Shown: piece after piece, positions 9,317 through 18,055 of the stretch
How the letters are laid out: each line of letters opens with the position of its first letter
Position numbering within the stretch: the stretch's first letter is position 1
Sequence record: LC727697.1
Strand: one strand, 5' to 3'
Length of the DNA: 64,000 nucleotides
Notes under the pieces: model-generated
The model's database searches: none
Seen by the model: the letters and a program-made list of their open reading frames with translations, nothing else
What the model was told of the DNA's origin: nothing
Translations under genes and position numbers: made by a program

Positions 9317-9538
9317 TTATCCAAATGCATCGTCCGATTGTGTCGGCTGGCTATACATTTGTCTAACTAACACTAAATGTTCTTCTGTTTCTACTTTACG
9401 CAATTCTCTCATTTTTCTAAGCTTATTTAAATGAGAAAATGTTAGTCTAGGTCTACGTGTGTCTGACTTATGTGCAATTGCACTAGAATCGTCTGCAGGA
9501 TTATAATAACCTTCTGTTATAATATCGTTTATTTTCAT
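9317..9538 (-). CDS. Small head-associated hypothetical protein
   Basis: Start overlaps the portal stop by 1 nt. MKINDIITE N-terminus and basic helix. Confidence 0.65.
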   Translation of the reverse strand: MKINDIITEGYYNPADDSSAIAHKSDTRRPRLTFSHLNKLRKMRELRKVETEEHLVLVRQMYSQPTQSDDAFG

Positions 9539-11253
9539 TATTCTTTCCCAAAGTCTTCTACTGTTTGATCTAAATCAATATCATCGACTATATCGTCATC
9601 ACTAAAGTCAGAACTATCACTAACTGCACTAGTATCAAACTCCCCAACACCAGCTAGCGCAGCCGGTGAAATACCCACTTGTCTCATACCAGCATCAGCT
9701 TTTTTACCACGTTTGTTTTTAAGACTCTGTTCTTCTGCATACATTTTTTCGTTTTCTAGAATTTCAGCTTCTCCCCAACCTAAATAACGTTTTAATGCAA
9801 ACCGCTTACTTATGTAGGGGACATCAGCAATTCCATTAAAAACTGCAACTTGAGCAGAATCCATATCTATTTGTCGATATTTAGCAAAATTTTGTGGCTC
9901 TACAAATGTTATATTAAATATACTATTGTCTATAGTAATGCCACTAAACTTAAGATATAGTTTAAATTCTTTATCTAATGTTTTTACTATCTGGCGTTGA
10001 TGTCTTTTGCATCTTTCACTAAATCTATATTCTTGTATATATGCAGTTCCTACTCTTCCATCATTATATCCTGCTGTACCATCATCGGGCCCTGTAGGCA
10101 GATATGAACTAGGAACTCCTAACGCACGCATCATTTTATTATTAAAATAACGCATATCATCTATTTCGCCTAGATTAGAACCTCCTGGTAAAACATCTAC
10201 TTTCGATCCTCTGCCGTCTGCTGATTGAGCAAAATAATAATCTTCAAGAGTAGAAAGAGGGTTATATGACGAGTCTAGAATATTACTTCCGCCGCCAGTT
10301 TTATTAGGAATCCTTTTTTGTTGTACTTCATATTTAACGCGCTCTAACACTTGCTGAGCTTTGTTAGGAGGCAAGTTACCTGTGTCGATAATAAACACAC
10401 GTCTTTCCGGTGCACGATGAATTCTATATATAAGCATTGCATCTTCAAGCATTTCTTTTTGCTTATATACTTTAAATATAGTCTCTAATTCACTAGTACC
10501 GAATGGCCACGCAGAATTCATACCTTCTGTCATAGAAAAATGAACTATATGCGTTGCATTTATCGGCATAGCTTCGCTGTTAGCTAACGAGCCATTCTGA
10601 CTAGGATTATTTGCAGATGCGTATGGTCCTGCAGGATTTATTCCCATAGTTGCTTGGGGGAAAGCAGATGCTGTGTTTCCGTATCCTATTTGTATTTTAT
10701 TAGTTACATTAGATCCTACTAACTCTGCAGTATTTAAATCGACATCTTTAATGAAATAGGTCTCTATTTCTTTTCCTTTACTTTCGTTAACAATTATTTT
10801 TTCTACTTTGTGCGGGTCTACCCAATATAATTCGTAAGTTTCTGGATCTCTTATAAAGAATTGATCTCCATACTTTATTGTAGATCTAAAAATACCGAAA
10901 AGCCTATCTTCAAACTTATTAAGATGTATCCATCTTTTTAAGCTTTTTGTTAAAATTTTTAATTCTGTTTCGGTAGGTTCTTCTGTAAATTTTATATTTA
11001 ATGGTAATCCAGTTACACCGTCTGGTTGTGTAGAAAACTCTGCTATAGTATCTAATGCAGTGTTTACTTCGTGATCTAGATCCATTTGTTCATATTGAAT
11101 GTACCGCTCCAATCTGTTAGGCGGACCCATATAAACTTCAGGAAGCCATGTGTTATATTTTGAAACAGCAGAAGCATAACCAGATGTATTTTTAGTTTGT
11201 ATAGGCAGCGCTGAATTTGATGCAGGCTTAAAATGTTTTTTCCAACTAGACAT
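9538..11253 (-). CDS. gp20: Portal vertex protein, T4 gp20-like
   Basis: EDAMLIYRIHRAPERRVFIIDTGNLPPNKAQQ, EDYYFAQSADGRGSKVDVLPGGSNLGEIDD and LGVPSSYL motifs. Confidence 0.95.
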   Translation of the reverse strand: MSSWKKHFKPASNSALPIQTKNTSGYASAVSKYNTWLPEVYMGPPNRLERYIQYEQMDLDHEVNTALDTIAEFSTQPDGVTGLPLNIKFTEEPTETELKILTKSLKRWIHLNKFEDRLFGIFRSTIKYGDQFFIRDPETYELYWVDPHKVEKIIVNESKGKEIETYFIKDVDLNTAELVGSNVTNKIQIGYGNTASAFPQATMGINPAGPYASANNPSQNGSLANSEAMPINATHIVHFSMTEGMNSAWPFGTSELETIFKVYKQKEMLEDAMLIYRIHRAPERRVFIIDTGNLPPNKAQQVLERVKYEVQQKRIPNKTGGGSNILDSSYNPLSTLEDYYFAQSADGRGSKVDVLPGGSNLGEIDDMRYFNNKMMRALGVPSSYLPTGPDDGTAGYNDGRVGTAYIQEYRFSERCKRHQRQIVKTLDKEFKLYLKFSGITIDNSIFNITFVEPQNFAKYRQIDMDSAQVAVFNGIADVPYISKRFALKRYLGWGEAEILENEKMYAEEQSLKNKRGKKADAGMRQVGISPAALAGVGEFDTSAVSDSSDFSDDDIVDDIDLDQTVEDFGKE

Positions 11254-11282
11254 GTACTCTATCTCAATATATATTGTGTTTA

Positions 11283-13679
11283 TTACCTAGTTCTTGTAAA
11301 TCCAGTTTCTCTAGTAGCAGCTAATGCTCTGCGCTGAATATCTACAAGCTCTTGTAACTGTCGTATTTGTTCTTCTTGTAAACGTATAAGTTTATCTGTA
11401 CTTCTATTTAGCATGTCTTGAGAACTCATTCCTGTATTTTCTATAGGCTTTATATTGCTAGTAGGATCTACAGGAGTAGGACTTTGTTTTGCTGCGTCTG
11501 CGACATCTGGCTGAGCTGTAGGAATTATAGCAGGAGCTTTCGGAGTTTCTATTTTACCGTATGCAGATGTTTTAGTAGCAGTAGGTCCAGGCGGTGTATA
11601 TGCAGGTTTATTAGTAGTTTCTACTTTTATAGGTATATCTTGTAGACCCAAGAACTGTTGCAAATTAGTATCACTGATGTATTTACTAAATCCATCTGCT
11701 GCTTCATCAGATACTATACCTAATTTGTTAGCTGCCCATGTAAGGGATTTAAACACAGGATCTATTATACCTTCGCCGGCGCCCGATAAAAAATTCAATG
11801 CAGATTCTATTGCATCGCCGCCTTCCGAAATTGATTGACTTAATCTACCTATTCCATTTGTAAACGATACTGCTAGTGCTGCAAATGCCCCTAATCTTCC
11901 TGCTATAGTTTTTACGGTGCCACCTAATGATGACATAGGTCCTGATGCACCTTTAAGCCACGACGATAACGAAGAAATAACAACACCTTTAAATGTAGTC
12001 ATAATAGCAAGAACGCCAACTACTATAGCAGCACCGGAACTTGTTAAAATATCTCCTATTATTTTAGAATAATTTACATTTATATTTCCTGCTACATCTT
12101 TACTAAATAAACCATTTAGATATTCCATAGCATTGTTAACAAATTTAAATAATTCCGGACCTAATTGTTTACCTAAGTCTTCTGCTGTATTATGAATTGT
12201 TTTTAACATTTCATTTGCATTATCTAATAATTTAGCAAATTCATCAGATTCGAATCCTGCTCTCATTATAGATGATACAAACGTATCTAATACAGCTAAT
12301 GCTCTATTTCTTACATCTTCGACTTTTGCTAAATTTGTAGCTTCTGTATTTTGGATTCCTTCATAATGACCATCCATTTTATCTCTAAGGTCTTTTAATC
12401 CATACGCAGCAGCAGCAACATTACTATCTATTAGTCCACGAGCATCTAGCATAGCAAGTCTACGCATTGTACTTTCTGCAAAACTAGTAGATTTTATAAG
12501 TCGTTTCATTGCATCATCTGCCTGACCGTTAGTTATATTACCAGATTTCAGTCCAGATGATACTGCAATTATTTGTCTAGCTAATTCTCCTTGCCCGGAT
12601 TTTATTAAATCGGCGTATTCTTTGGATGCCATAAAAGACGGAGTATCTTTAAGAGCTACCTTAAACATAGTTTGCAATTGTTCCGGCAAAGCGGCATAAA
12701 TTTGGGCGGCGGCTTCTTTAGAATTTGCGTTAACTGATTCTATTGCTACACGAAAGTCTACATCTTTTAAACTTTCATTCATTTTTGCCTGAAGGTCTTC
12801 TGTAGACATTCTTAATGCAGTAGCAAATGCTTGGGTATCTTTAAGTGCTTTAGATGCAAGGGCAGTCATGTTTACTTGGCGCATTTTATCAAATGTACCC
12901 ATTAAACGTTGAGATTCTAAATATTCTCCTACATAATCTGCTGTTTCTTTTAAAGACATACCTAAGCTATTGCCTTGTCTTTTTAAGCTAGAAGACAAAT
13001 CTACAAACGATTTTATTCCGTATTTTTGTATTGCTAATTCATTGCCTTTTAATACTTCAGATAGTGCAGATGAATTTATACCTAAACCTTTTATGGCATA
13101 CGAAATACCGTCTAAGTTGGTAGATTTAATAATACCAGATGCATCGTCTAATACCGTTCCGAAGTTCCAACCTGATTTATATAAATCTCTAGATAAAGTA
13201 AGTTGCGACGATGCAGCTTGCTTTAATGCAGCATATATACTTCCGCCAACTGCAAAAGATGCCATACTTAAAGTAAATTTTGCTACTGCCTTTGAAGCAG
13301 TACCGACGGCAGTAATAAATGCGCCTATAGTATCTGTATCTAATTTAGATTTCTTACTGTCAGGCGGCAATACGGGAGGTTTGTTTCCCCCTTGCTTTGC
13401 AGATAAAGAATTATCAGATTTTTTCTGTTGTTTTAACGAAGAAGATAATCTATTTAATGCTTCTTTTATTTCAGTGTTATTATCTGTTCTAGATGTATCT
13501 TCGTTAGATCTACGGGTTACCCTAACTAGTTCATCTACTGCATCTTTTAGTTCGTCGTTTTCTCTTGTATTAGATCCATTGAGTTTTTTTAACTCAGATA
13601 CTATTTTATTAAGAGTTTCTTCTCGAGCCCAGCCAGGGACACTAGGATCAACGCCAACAATTCTAATATCTTCTGCCAC
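11283..13679 (-). CDS. Tape-measure-like tail protein
   Basis: 798 aa, Ala/Gly/Leu-rich, helical-looking with hydrophobic stretches, divergent from the hub chaperone gene. Confidence 0.6.
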   Translation of the reverse strand: MAEDIRIVGVDPSVPGWAREETLNKIVSELKKLNGSNTRENDELKDAVDELVRVTRRSNEDTSRTDNNTEIKEALNRLSSSLKQQKKSDNSLSAKQGGNKPPVLPPDSKKSKLDTDTIGAFITAVGTASKAVAKFTLSMASFAVGGSIYAALKQAASSQLTLSRDLYKSGWNFGTVLDDASGIIKSTNLDGISYAIKGLGINSSALSEVLKGNELAIQKYGIKSFVDLSSSLKRQGNSLGMSLKETADYVGEYLESQRLMGTFDKMRQVNMTALASKALKDTQAFATALRMSTEDLQAKMNESLKDVDFRVAIESVNANSKEAAAQIYAALPEQLQTMFKVALKDTPSFMASKEYADLIKSGQGELARQIIAVSSGLKSGNITNGQADDAMKRLIKSTSFAESTMRRLAMLDARGLIDSNVAAAAYGLKDLRDKMDGHYEGIQNTEATNLAKVEDVRNRALAVLDTFVSSIMRAGFESDEFAKLLDNANEMLKTIHNTAEDLGKQLGPELFKFVNNAMEYLNGLFSKDVAGNINVNYSKIIGDILTSSGAAIVVGVLAIMTTFKGVVISSLSSWLKGASGPMSSLGGTVKTIAGRLGAFAALAVSFTNGIGRLSQSISEGGDAIESALNFLSGAGEGIIDPVFKSLTWAANKLGIVSDEAADGFSKYISDTNLQQFLGLQDIPIKVETTNKPAYTPPGPTATKTSAYGKIETPKAPAIIPTAQPDVADAAKQSPTPVDPTSNIKPIENTGMSSQDMLNRSTDKLIRLQEEQIRQLQELVDIQRRALAATRETGFTRTR

Positions 13680-13700
13680 AAGAACCTCTATAAAATGCTA

Positions 13701-13730
13701 TGATAAATACGGTATATAGCATATTTATCA
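13701..13730. promoter_or_regulatory. Pair of late promoter motifs serving the divergent genes (TGATAAATA + at 13701-13709; - at 13722-13730)
   Basis: One motif on each strand in the 69-nt intergenic gap. Confidence 0.65.
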
Positions 13731-13748
13731 AAAGAGCATATACACATT

Positions 13749-14603
13749 ATGAGCAACAAATTACATCAATATTACAGAACATTCAAATCTTATATTCGTT
13801 TGCCCAGCGGAAATTCATTTTATCCATCAAATGTTGTAGAATACACCGATTCTGGAGAACTAGGGGTATATGCTATGACAGGAAAAGATGAAGTATTAAT
13901 AAAAAATCCTGATGCATTAGTGAACGGTGAAGGCTTAAAAGAAGTAATTAAGAGTTGTGTACCGGGAATTAAAGATGTAAATAAACTCTTGATTAATGAC
14001 ATTCATATGATATGTGTTGCTATAAAAGCAGCATCATACGGTAACACAATAGATATTTCTTCTACGTGCCCGCATTGTAATCATAAAAATTTATATGGAA
14101 TAGACTTATTAAATGTTATTAATACGTCTACTTATTTAGAAGATCAATACGTCGTGAATCTTGATAACGGTCTATCTATATTTATTAGACCATATGATTT
14201 TTCAGATAATATGACAGTTGCAAAAACTGCATTAGAACAAGCAAAATTTATTAGAATAATGCAAAGCGATATGTATTCAGATGAAGAAAAACTTTCTGCC
14301 TTTTCTAACACAATAAATGAACTGTCATCATTAAATTTCGAATTAATTGCAAAAACAATAGTTCGTATTGTAGATGAAACTAACGGTATAGATATAGTTA
14401 ATAATACTGCTCAGACACTAGCTGATATAAAAGAATTTATAGCAAATATAGATAGAGCAGATGTTAATAAAATAGATAGTCTTTTAAAAGAAATAAATCA
14501 AGTAGGAGTTAATGGCGACTTTGATGCAGTATGCGACAACTGTAATAAAAGTTTTGTAGTACCTGTAGATTTTAACCCAGTAAGTTTTTTCAGAGAATCC
14601 TAG
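13749..14603 (+). CDS. gp26: Baseplate hub / tail assembly chaperone, T4 gp26-like
   Basis: YIRLPSG..FYP, MTGKDEVLIKNPDAL, AIKAASYG, CPHC and CDNC motifs. Confidence 0.75.
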   Translation: MSNKLHQYYRTFKSYIRLPSGNSFYPSNVVEYTDSGELGVYAMTGKDEVLIKNPDALVNGEGLKEVIKSCVPGIKDVNKLLINDIHMICVAIKAASYGNTIDISSTCPHCNHKNLYGIDLLNVINTSTYLEDQYVVNLDNGLSIFIRPYDFSDNMTVAKTALEQAKFIRIMQSDMYSDEEKLSAFSNTINELSSLNFELIAKTIVRIVDETNGIDIVNNTAQTLADIKEFIANIDRADVNKIDSLLKEINQVGVNGDFDAVCDNCNKSFVVPVDFNPVSFFRES

Positions 14604-14812
14604 TATCGGGAACCCCAGATGATATTAGGAACGTTATACAAGAATATGAACAAGAATCACTGGGATTAGAAGGCGAAATAGTCCAAATATGTGATAAAAT
14701 TAATGGATTTGACTGGCACACTGCTTGGTCTTTATCATATCAAGAGCGGGTACGTCTAGGAGAATTTATTAAACAAAAAATTGAAGCAGAAACAGGTAGA
14801 AGCTTCCTATAA
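14588..14812 (+). CDS. Start-less 74-codon frame reached by -1 frameshift from the gp26-like gene (gp51/GT-like extension)
   Basis: Open -1 frame FQRILVSGTPDDIRN...WHTAWSLSYQERVRL...GRSFL* with no in-frame ATG, GTG or TTG. Slippery T TTT TTC at 14585-14591, and a terminator directly after the stop. Confidence 0.75.
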   Translation, partial: FQRILVSGTPDDIRNVIQEYEQESLGLEGEIVQICDKINGFDWHTAWSLSYQERVRLGEFIKQKIEAETGRSFL

Positions 14813-14845
14813 AAAGAAAGGGACAATTAACGTCCCTTTCTTTTT
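14811..14845. terminator. Bidirectional terminator
   Basis: AAAAAGAAAGGGAC-loop-GTCCCTTTCTTTTT. Confidence 0.85.
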
Positions 14846-15279
14846 GACTTTTTAGAAACTCCTGTGTTAAGTTTCTTTGTTTTAACTAATATACTCTGAT
14901 ATGCACCAGTTTTGTTTTGCTCATTATATATTCTAATTAATCGTTTAACTGAATTTAAATGTTTTTCTGGTATGCGAAGTATTTGTGTTGTATTTGCTAC
15001 TTCCTTAACAACTTCCTTATACATACTAAGTTTCGATTCGCAATGTCTGCAATGCGATTTACCAGATAAATTTCTCTTAGTAGCAATAACATCTTCGTAC
15101 ATTTTAGAATTACATCCTATACAACGTTTTATTTCGTCAGGATGTCTATGCTCTAAAATAAACTGATTAGTAATAAATTTTACAGCAGCGTCAGGATATC
15201 CATCATTTATAAGCTGAGTATTTAAATCATATGCTAAAAATATGAAATCTTCCTCTGTGTAATGTGTGTAATCGTTCAT
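14827..15279 (-). CDS. Hypothetical Zn-finger protein with a basic tail
   Basis: CIGC...CRHC and a Lys/Arg-rich C-terminus. Late motif AGATAAATA at 15312-15320. Confidence 0.6.
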   Translation of the reverse strand: MNDYTHYTEEDFIFLAYDLNTQLINDGYPDAAVKFITNQFILEHRHPDEIKRCIGCNSKMYEDVIATKRNLSGKSHCRHCESKLSMYKEVVKEVANTTQILRIPEKHLNSVKRLIRIYNEQNKTGAYQSILVKTKKLNTGVSKKSKRKGR

Positions 15280-15721
15280 TGATGTATACCTCTATACAAT
15301 TTTTACAATATTATTTATCTAATTAAATCTCTAGTTAATTTTCAATTTCGTTCAGTCGTAGTATGCCATAAAACGTTTATAATTATATAGAGATATTTTA
15401 TAGAATTACCGTAATATACAACGTTAGTAAGTATGTGAACTACAGTTCACATATGTATTTTGTTTATATTCGTTTTCGTAAACTACAACTCATATAAACA
15501 AAATACAAGTTACTAAAGTAACAAAATTAAAGTAATTAAACAAATTTGATATAATTTAAGATTATTTTGTATGTCCAATACACTGCTAGAAGCAGTGTAT
15601 TGATGTAGAATGGCCTAAAATGGCGTGTACTGATTATGACATGAGTGTAAACGAAAGTCATAAACATCTACCCCTTTTCGGGGTAGATGCGTACGACATA
15701 TAATTGACAATTATATTTTTT

Positions 15722-15752
15722 AAAAAAAACTAAACAATGACGGCATTATTTA
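15722..15752 (-). terminator. Terminator closing the putative large ncRNA
   Basis: Minus strand CTAAATAATG-CCGT-CATTGTTTAG followed by 8 T. Confidence 0.65.
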
Positions 15753-16627
15753 GGCGTGGGTATACTATCGACTAGCAACGTTTATTGCTAATGAGCGGGG
15801 AGCTAAACTCAAACTTTAACAAATTTCTTTATTAAAGCGCCAATCCTACAATACTCATGTATGCGCCAGTAGTCTAGCCCATTTACACCGTAGCATAAAC
15901 ACGCAACCTACGAAAGCCTCACCCGACGCTTATATTGCCTAAATTAAACATTATAATTAAGCAAACAGCCACCTAAGCTAACATCCACTTTCAACTCCCG
16001 GAACCGCAGTACAGTTTGTAATACCATATCCGTAACCTGCGGCTGTTGTTGGTACAAGTACATATGTCACAAGGATAGTGTCATAAAGTACGTTGATCTT
16101 TTTCTACCAGAGCAACATCCTTTCGTTTACACTTCTGTACATAAATGTAGGAAGAACAGTTGTGTAAACCACTTCGAACACAATAACCCTTACAACCTTC
16201 TTACAGTGTTAATCGATGAATAACATTTGGGACGTCACTCCCGTTAAACACCAATTACCAGGGACTCGTTTTTGCTTAAAAAGCTTTTTCCCGTTCCCGT
16301 TGTGTATACGTAAACTATATTCCTTTTGTTTACGAAAGTGTTCTGCAGCACCCAAAATCATAATTTAAATAACCTTTTTTCCTGCGTTATCTCCGTCTCT
16401 AACGGTACTACAGTAAAGGCACGATGGGGATAGTTTCTACTACCAATATCCAATGATGGAACAAAGCTGCTATGTTAGTTGCCAATGTCTTCATAAGAAC
16501 TAGTCTTAAACAAGAATGCCCGTTACCGTTCACCCTTTAAACATACAACTGGGTCTTCCTAAGCAAAAACTTTAAAACACTTAGGAGAACGTCTGTTTTG
16601 TTACATACGTCCTTTAGTTTTATTATG
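15722..16627 (-). ncRNA. Candidate ~900-nt structured non-coding RNA (family unknown; GOLLD/ROOL size class)
   Basis: No ORF of 60 aa or more, bounded by a consensus promoter and a terminator, GC-enriched (43% in 15841-15900) and G-rich on the minus strand, with many stems. Confidence 0.55.
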
Positions 16628-16633
16628 TTGCGG

Positions 16634-16662
16634 ATTATAGCATACGATATTAATACTGTCAA
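16634..16662 (-). promoter_or_regulatory. Perfect sigma70 promoter TTGACA-17-TATAAT
   Basis: Minus strand TTGACAgtattaatatcgtatgcTATAAT. Confidence 0.85.
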
Positions 16663-16711
16663 CCATTGTACTAAAATCGTTAAAAATAATGCTATAAGTT
16701 ATCTACACACA

Positions 16712-16720
16712 TATTTATCT
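16712..16720 (-). promoter_or_regulatory. Late promoter motif AGATAAATA pointing into the non-coding unit
   Basis: Same motif as found before the structural genes. Confidence 0.5.
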
Positions 16721-16793
16721 CGACAGTATTATATGGGTATAAAATTAACTAAATAATGTAAAATTTAACAGGTATATAAAAGGTTAACAAAAC

Positions 16794-17291
16794 ATGTCTG
16801 GATCGAAAAGTAAAATTAAAGGTAGTAGCTGGGAACGAGATGTAGCAAAAGATCTTACCTCATTTTACAACGAACCCTTTACTAGAACAGCACATTCAGG
16901 TGCCTTTATAGGAGGACAAAATTCTGTCAGAAAAACATCACTAGGCAATAATCAAATCAAATCCTATAAAGGTGATATTTTCCCTCCAGATACATGGGAA
17001 CATTTTAATTCTGAATGTAAATCGTATGCAAAATTTTCATTTACTTCGTTGTTCGAGGGAGAGTGCAAACAATTAGATACATGGATATCACAGGTACGTG
17101 ATACTGCTAGCGAAGGTGATTTTAATATTATTTTTATAAAAATAACTCGGCAAGGCAAATGGGTAGTATTTGAAGAAAAAACCGGGATTAAAGTAAATAA
17201 TAGTATAGATTACAAGGGTTGGGTATTCTGTAGCTGGAATAATTTCTGGACAGAAGAGAATAAAAAGAAAGTAAAACAGCTGAGTAAATAA
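16794..17291 (+). CDS. Holliday junction resolvase, PD-(D/E)xK type
   Basis: KIKGSSWERDVAK, RTAHSGA, KGDI and ECK motifs. Confidence 0.75.
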   Translation: MSGSKSKIKGSSWERDVAKDLTSFYNEPFTRTAHSGAFIGGQNSVRKTSLGNNQIKSYKGDIFPPDTWEHFNSECKSYAKFSFTSLFEGECKQLDTWISQVRDTASEGDFNIIFIKITRQGKWVVFEEKTGIKVNNSIDYKGWVFCSWNNFWTEENKKKVKQLSK

Positions 17292-17293
17292 TA

Positions 17294-18043
17294 ATGAGAT
17301 TTATAGAAGGCGAGATTTTACCGTTTAAGCCTATAGATACAAAATTTAAAAAAATATTAAACAATGTATTGAATAAATATCCATTTTTTAACAATACCGA
17401 GTTGGTAATAGATAATAGGGCTAGATATTCTAAAGAATCGCCCACAGAAGTAGGTATTACTGCAAAGGATTTAGCAAAATCTTTTAATATTAATATAATT
17501 GACGAAACATTATACGACAACCAGGGTAACCGTATAAAAAGACTTAAAGTAAATAAATCTTCTATATTCCCTAATGTAGTAAGAATAATTGTTTACGATT
17601 TTAAAGGATCAGGAGATAGTAGAGACATAATAGCTTCTAATACTGAATCTAGTTTAACAAGAATATCTAACATAGGCAACAACATTAATGCTATTTCTGA
17701 ATCTTATTCAGAAGGTAAACATAGTACAGTAACGCACAATGGCAATGAATATAGATTAGATGATATTTTTAGAAGTACAGAGCATACTCCTGTAGAAAGT
17801 GTTAAAATAAAAGACTTAACATGGATATTACGATATAACAAATTAGCGTCGTCGAGAATAAAAGCTGCCGACGTGAGCATCCCTATAATAGTGTATAAAG
17901 ACAACGGTAAAATATATGTAATAGACGGTGCTCATAGGTTAGCCAAAGCAAAAGATAACAAAAATGTAACAATTAATGTGAAATATATTAGTAAACAGCA
18001 ACTAGATAAAGCAAAAATAGAAACTAATAAAAAAGAGGCTTAA
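17294..18043 (+). CDS. Protein with a C-terminal ParB/Srx-like domain
   Basis: PIIVYKDNGKIYVIDGAHRLAKA motif. Confidence 0.65.
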   Translation: MRFIEGEILPFKPIDTKFKKILNNVLNKYPFFNNTELVIDNRARYSKESPTEVGITAKDLAKSFNINIIDETLYDNQGNRIKRLKVNKSSIFPNVVRIIVYDFKGSGDSRDIIASNTESSLTRISNIGNNINAISESYSEGKHSTVTHNGNEYRLDDIFRSTEHTPVESVKIKDLTWILRYNKLASSRIKAADVSIPIIVYKDNGKIYVIDGAHRLAKAKDNKNVTINVKYISKQQLDKAKIETNKKEA

Positions 18044-18054
18044 GCCTCTTTTTT
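18029..18054. terminator. Bidirectional terminator between convergent genes
   Basis: AAAAAAGAGGCT-TA-AGCCTCTTTTTT. Confidence 0.8.
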
Positions 18055-18055
18055 A

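Noticed and set aside
5690-13719. Plus-strand ORFs overlapping the capsid, scaffold and tape-measure genes (e.g. 6636-6983, 12970-13719)
   Set aside because: They lie antisense to well-supported genes, with no RBS or motifs.
15280-16790. Group I/II intron, RNase P or tmRNA in the large gap
   Set aside because: No interrupted gene flanks it, and I could not find group II domain V, group I P7, the RNase P GAGGAAAGUCC motif or tRNA-like tmRNA ends. It is kept as an unclassified ncRNA candidate.
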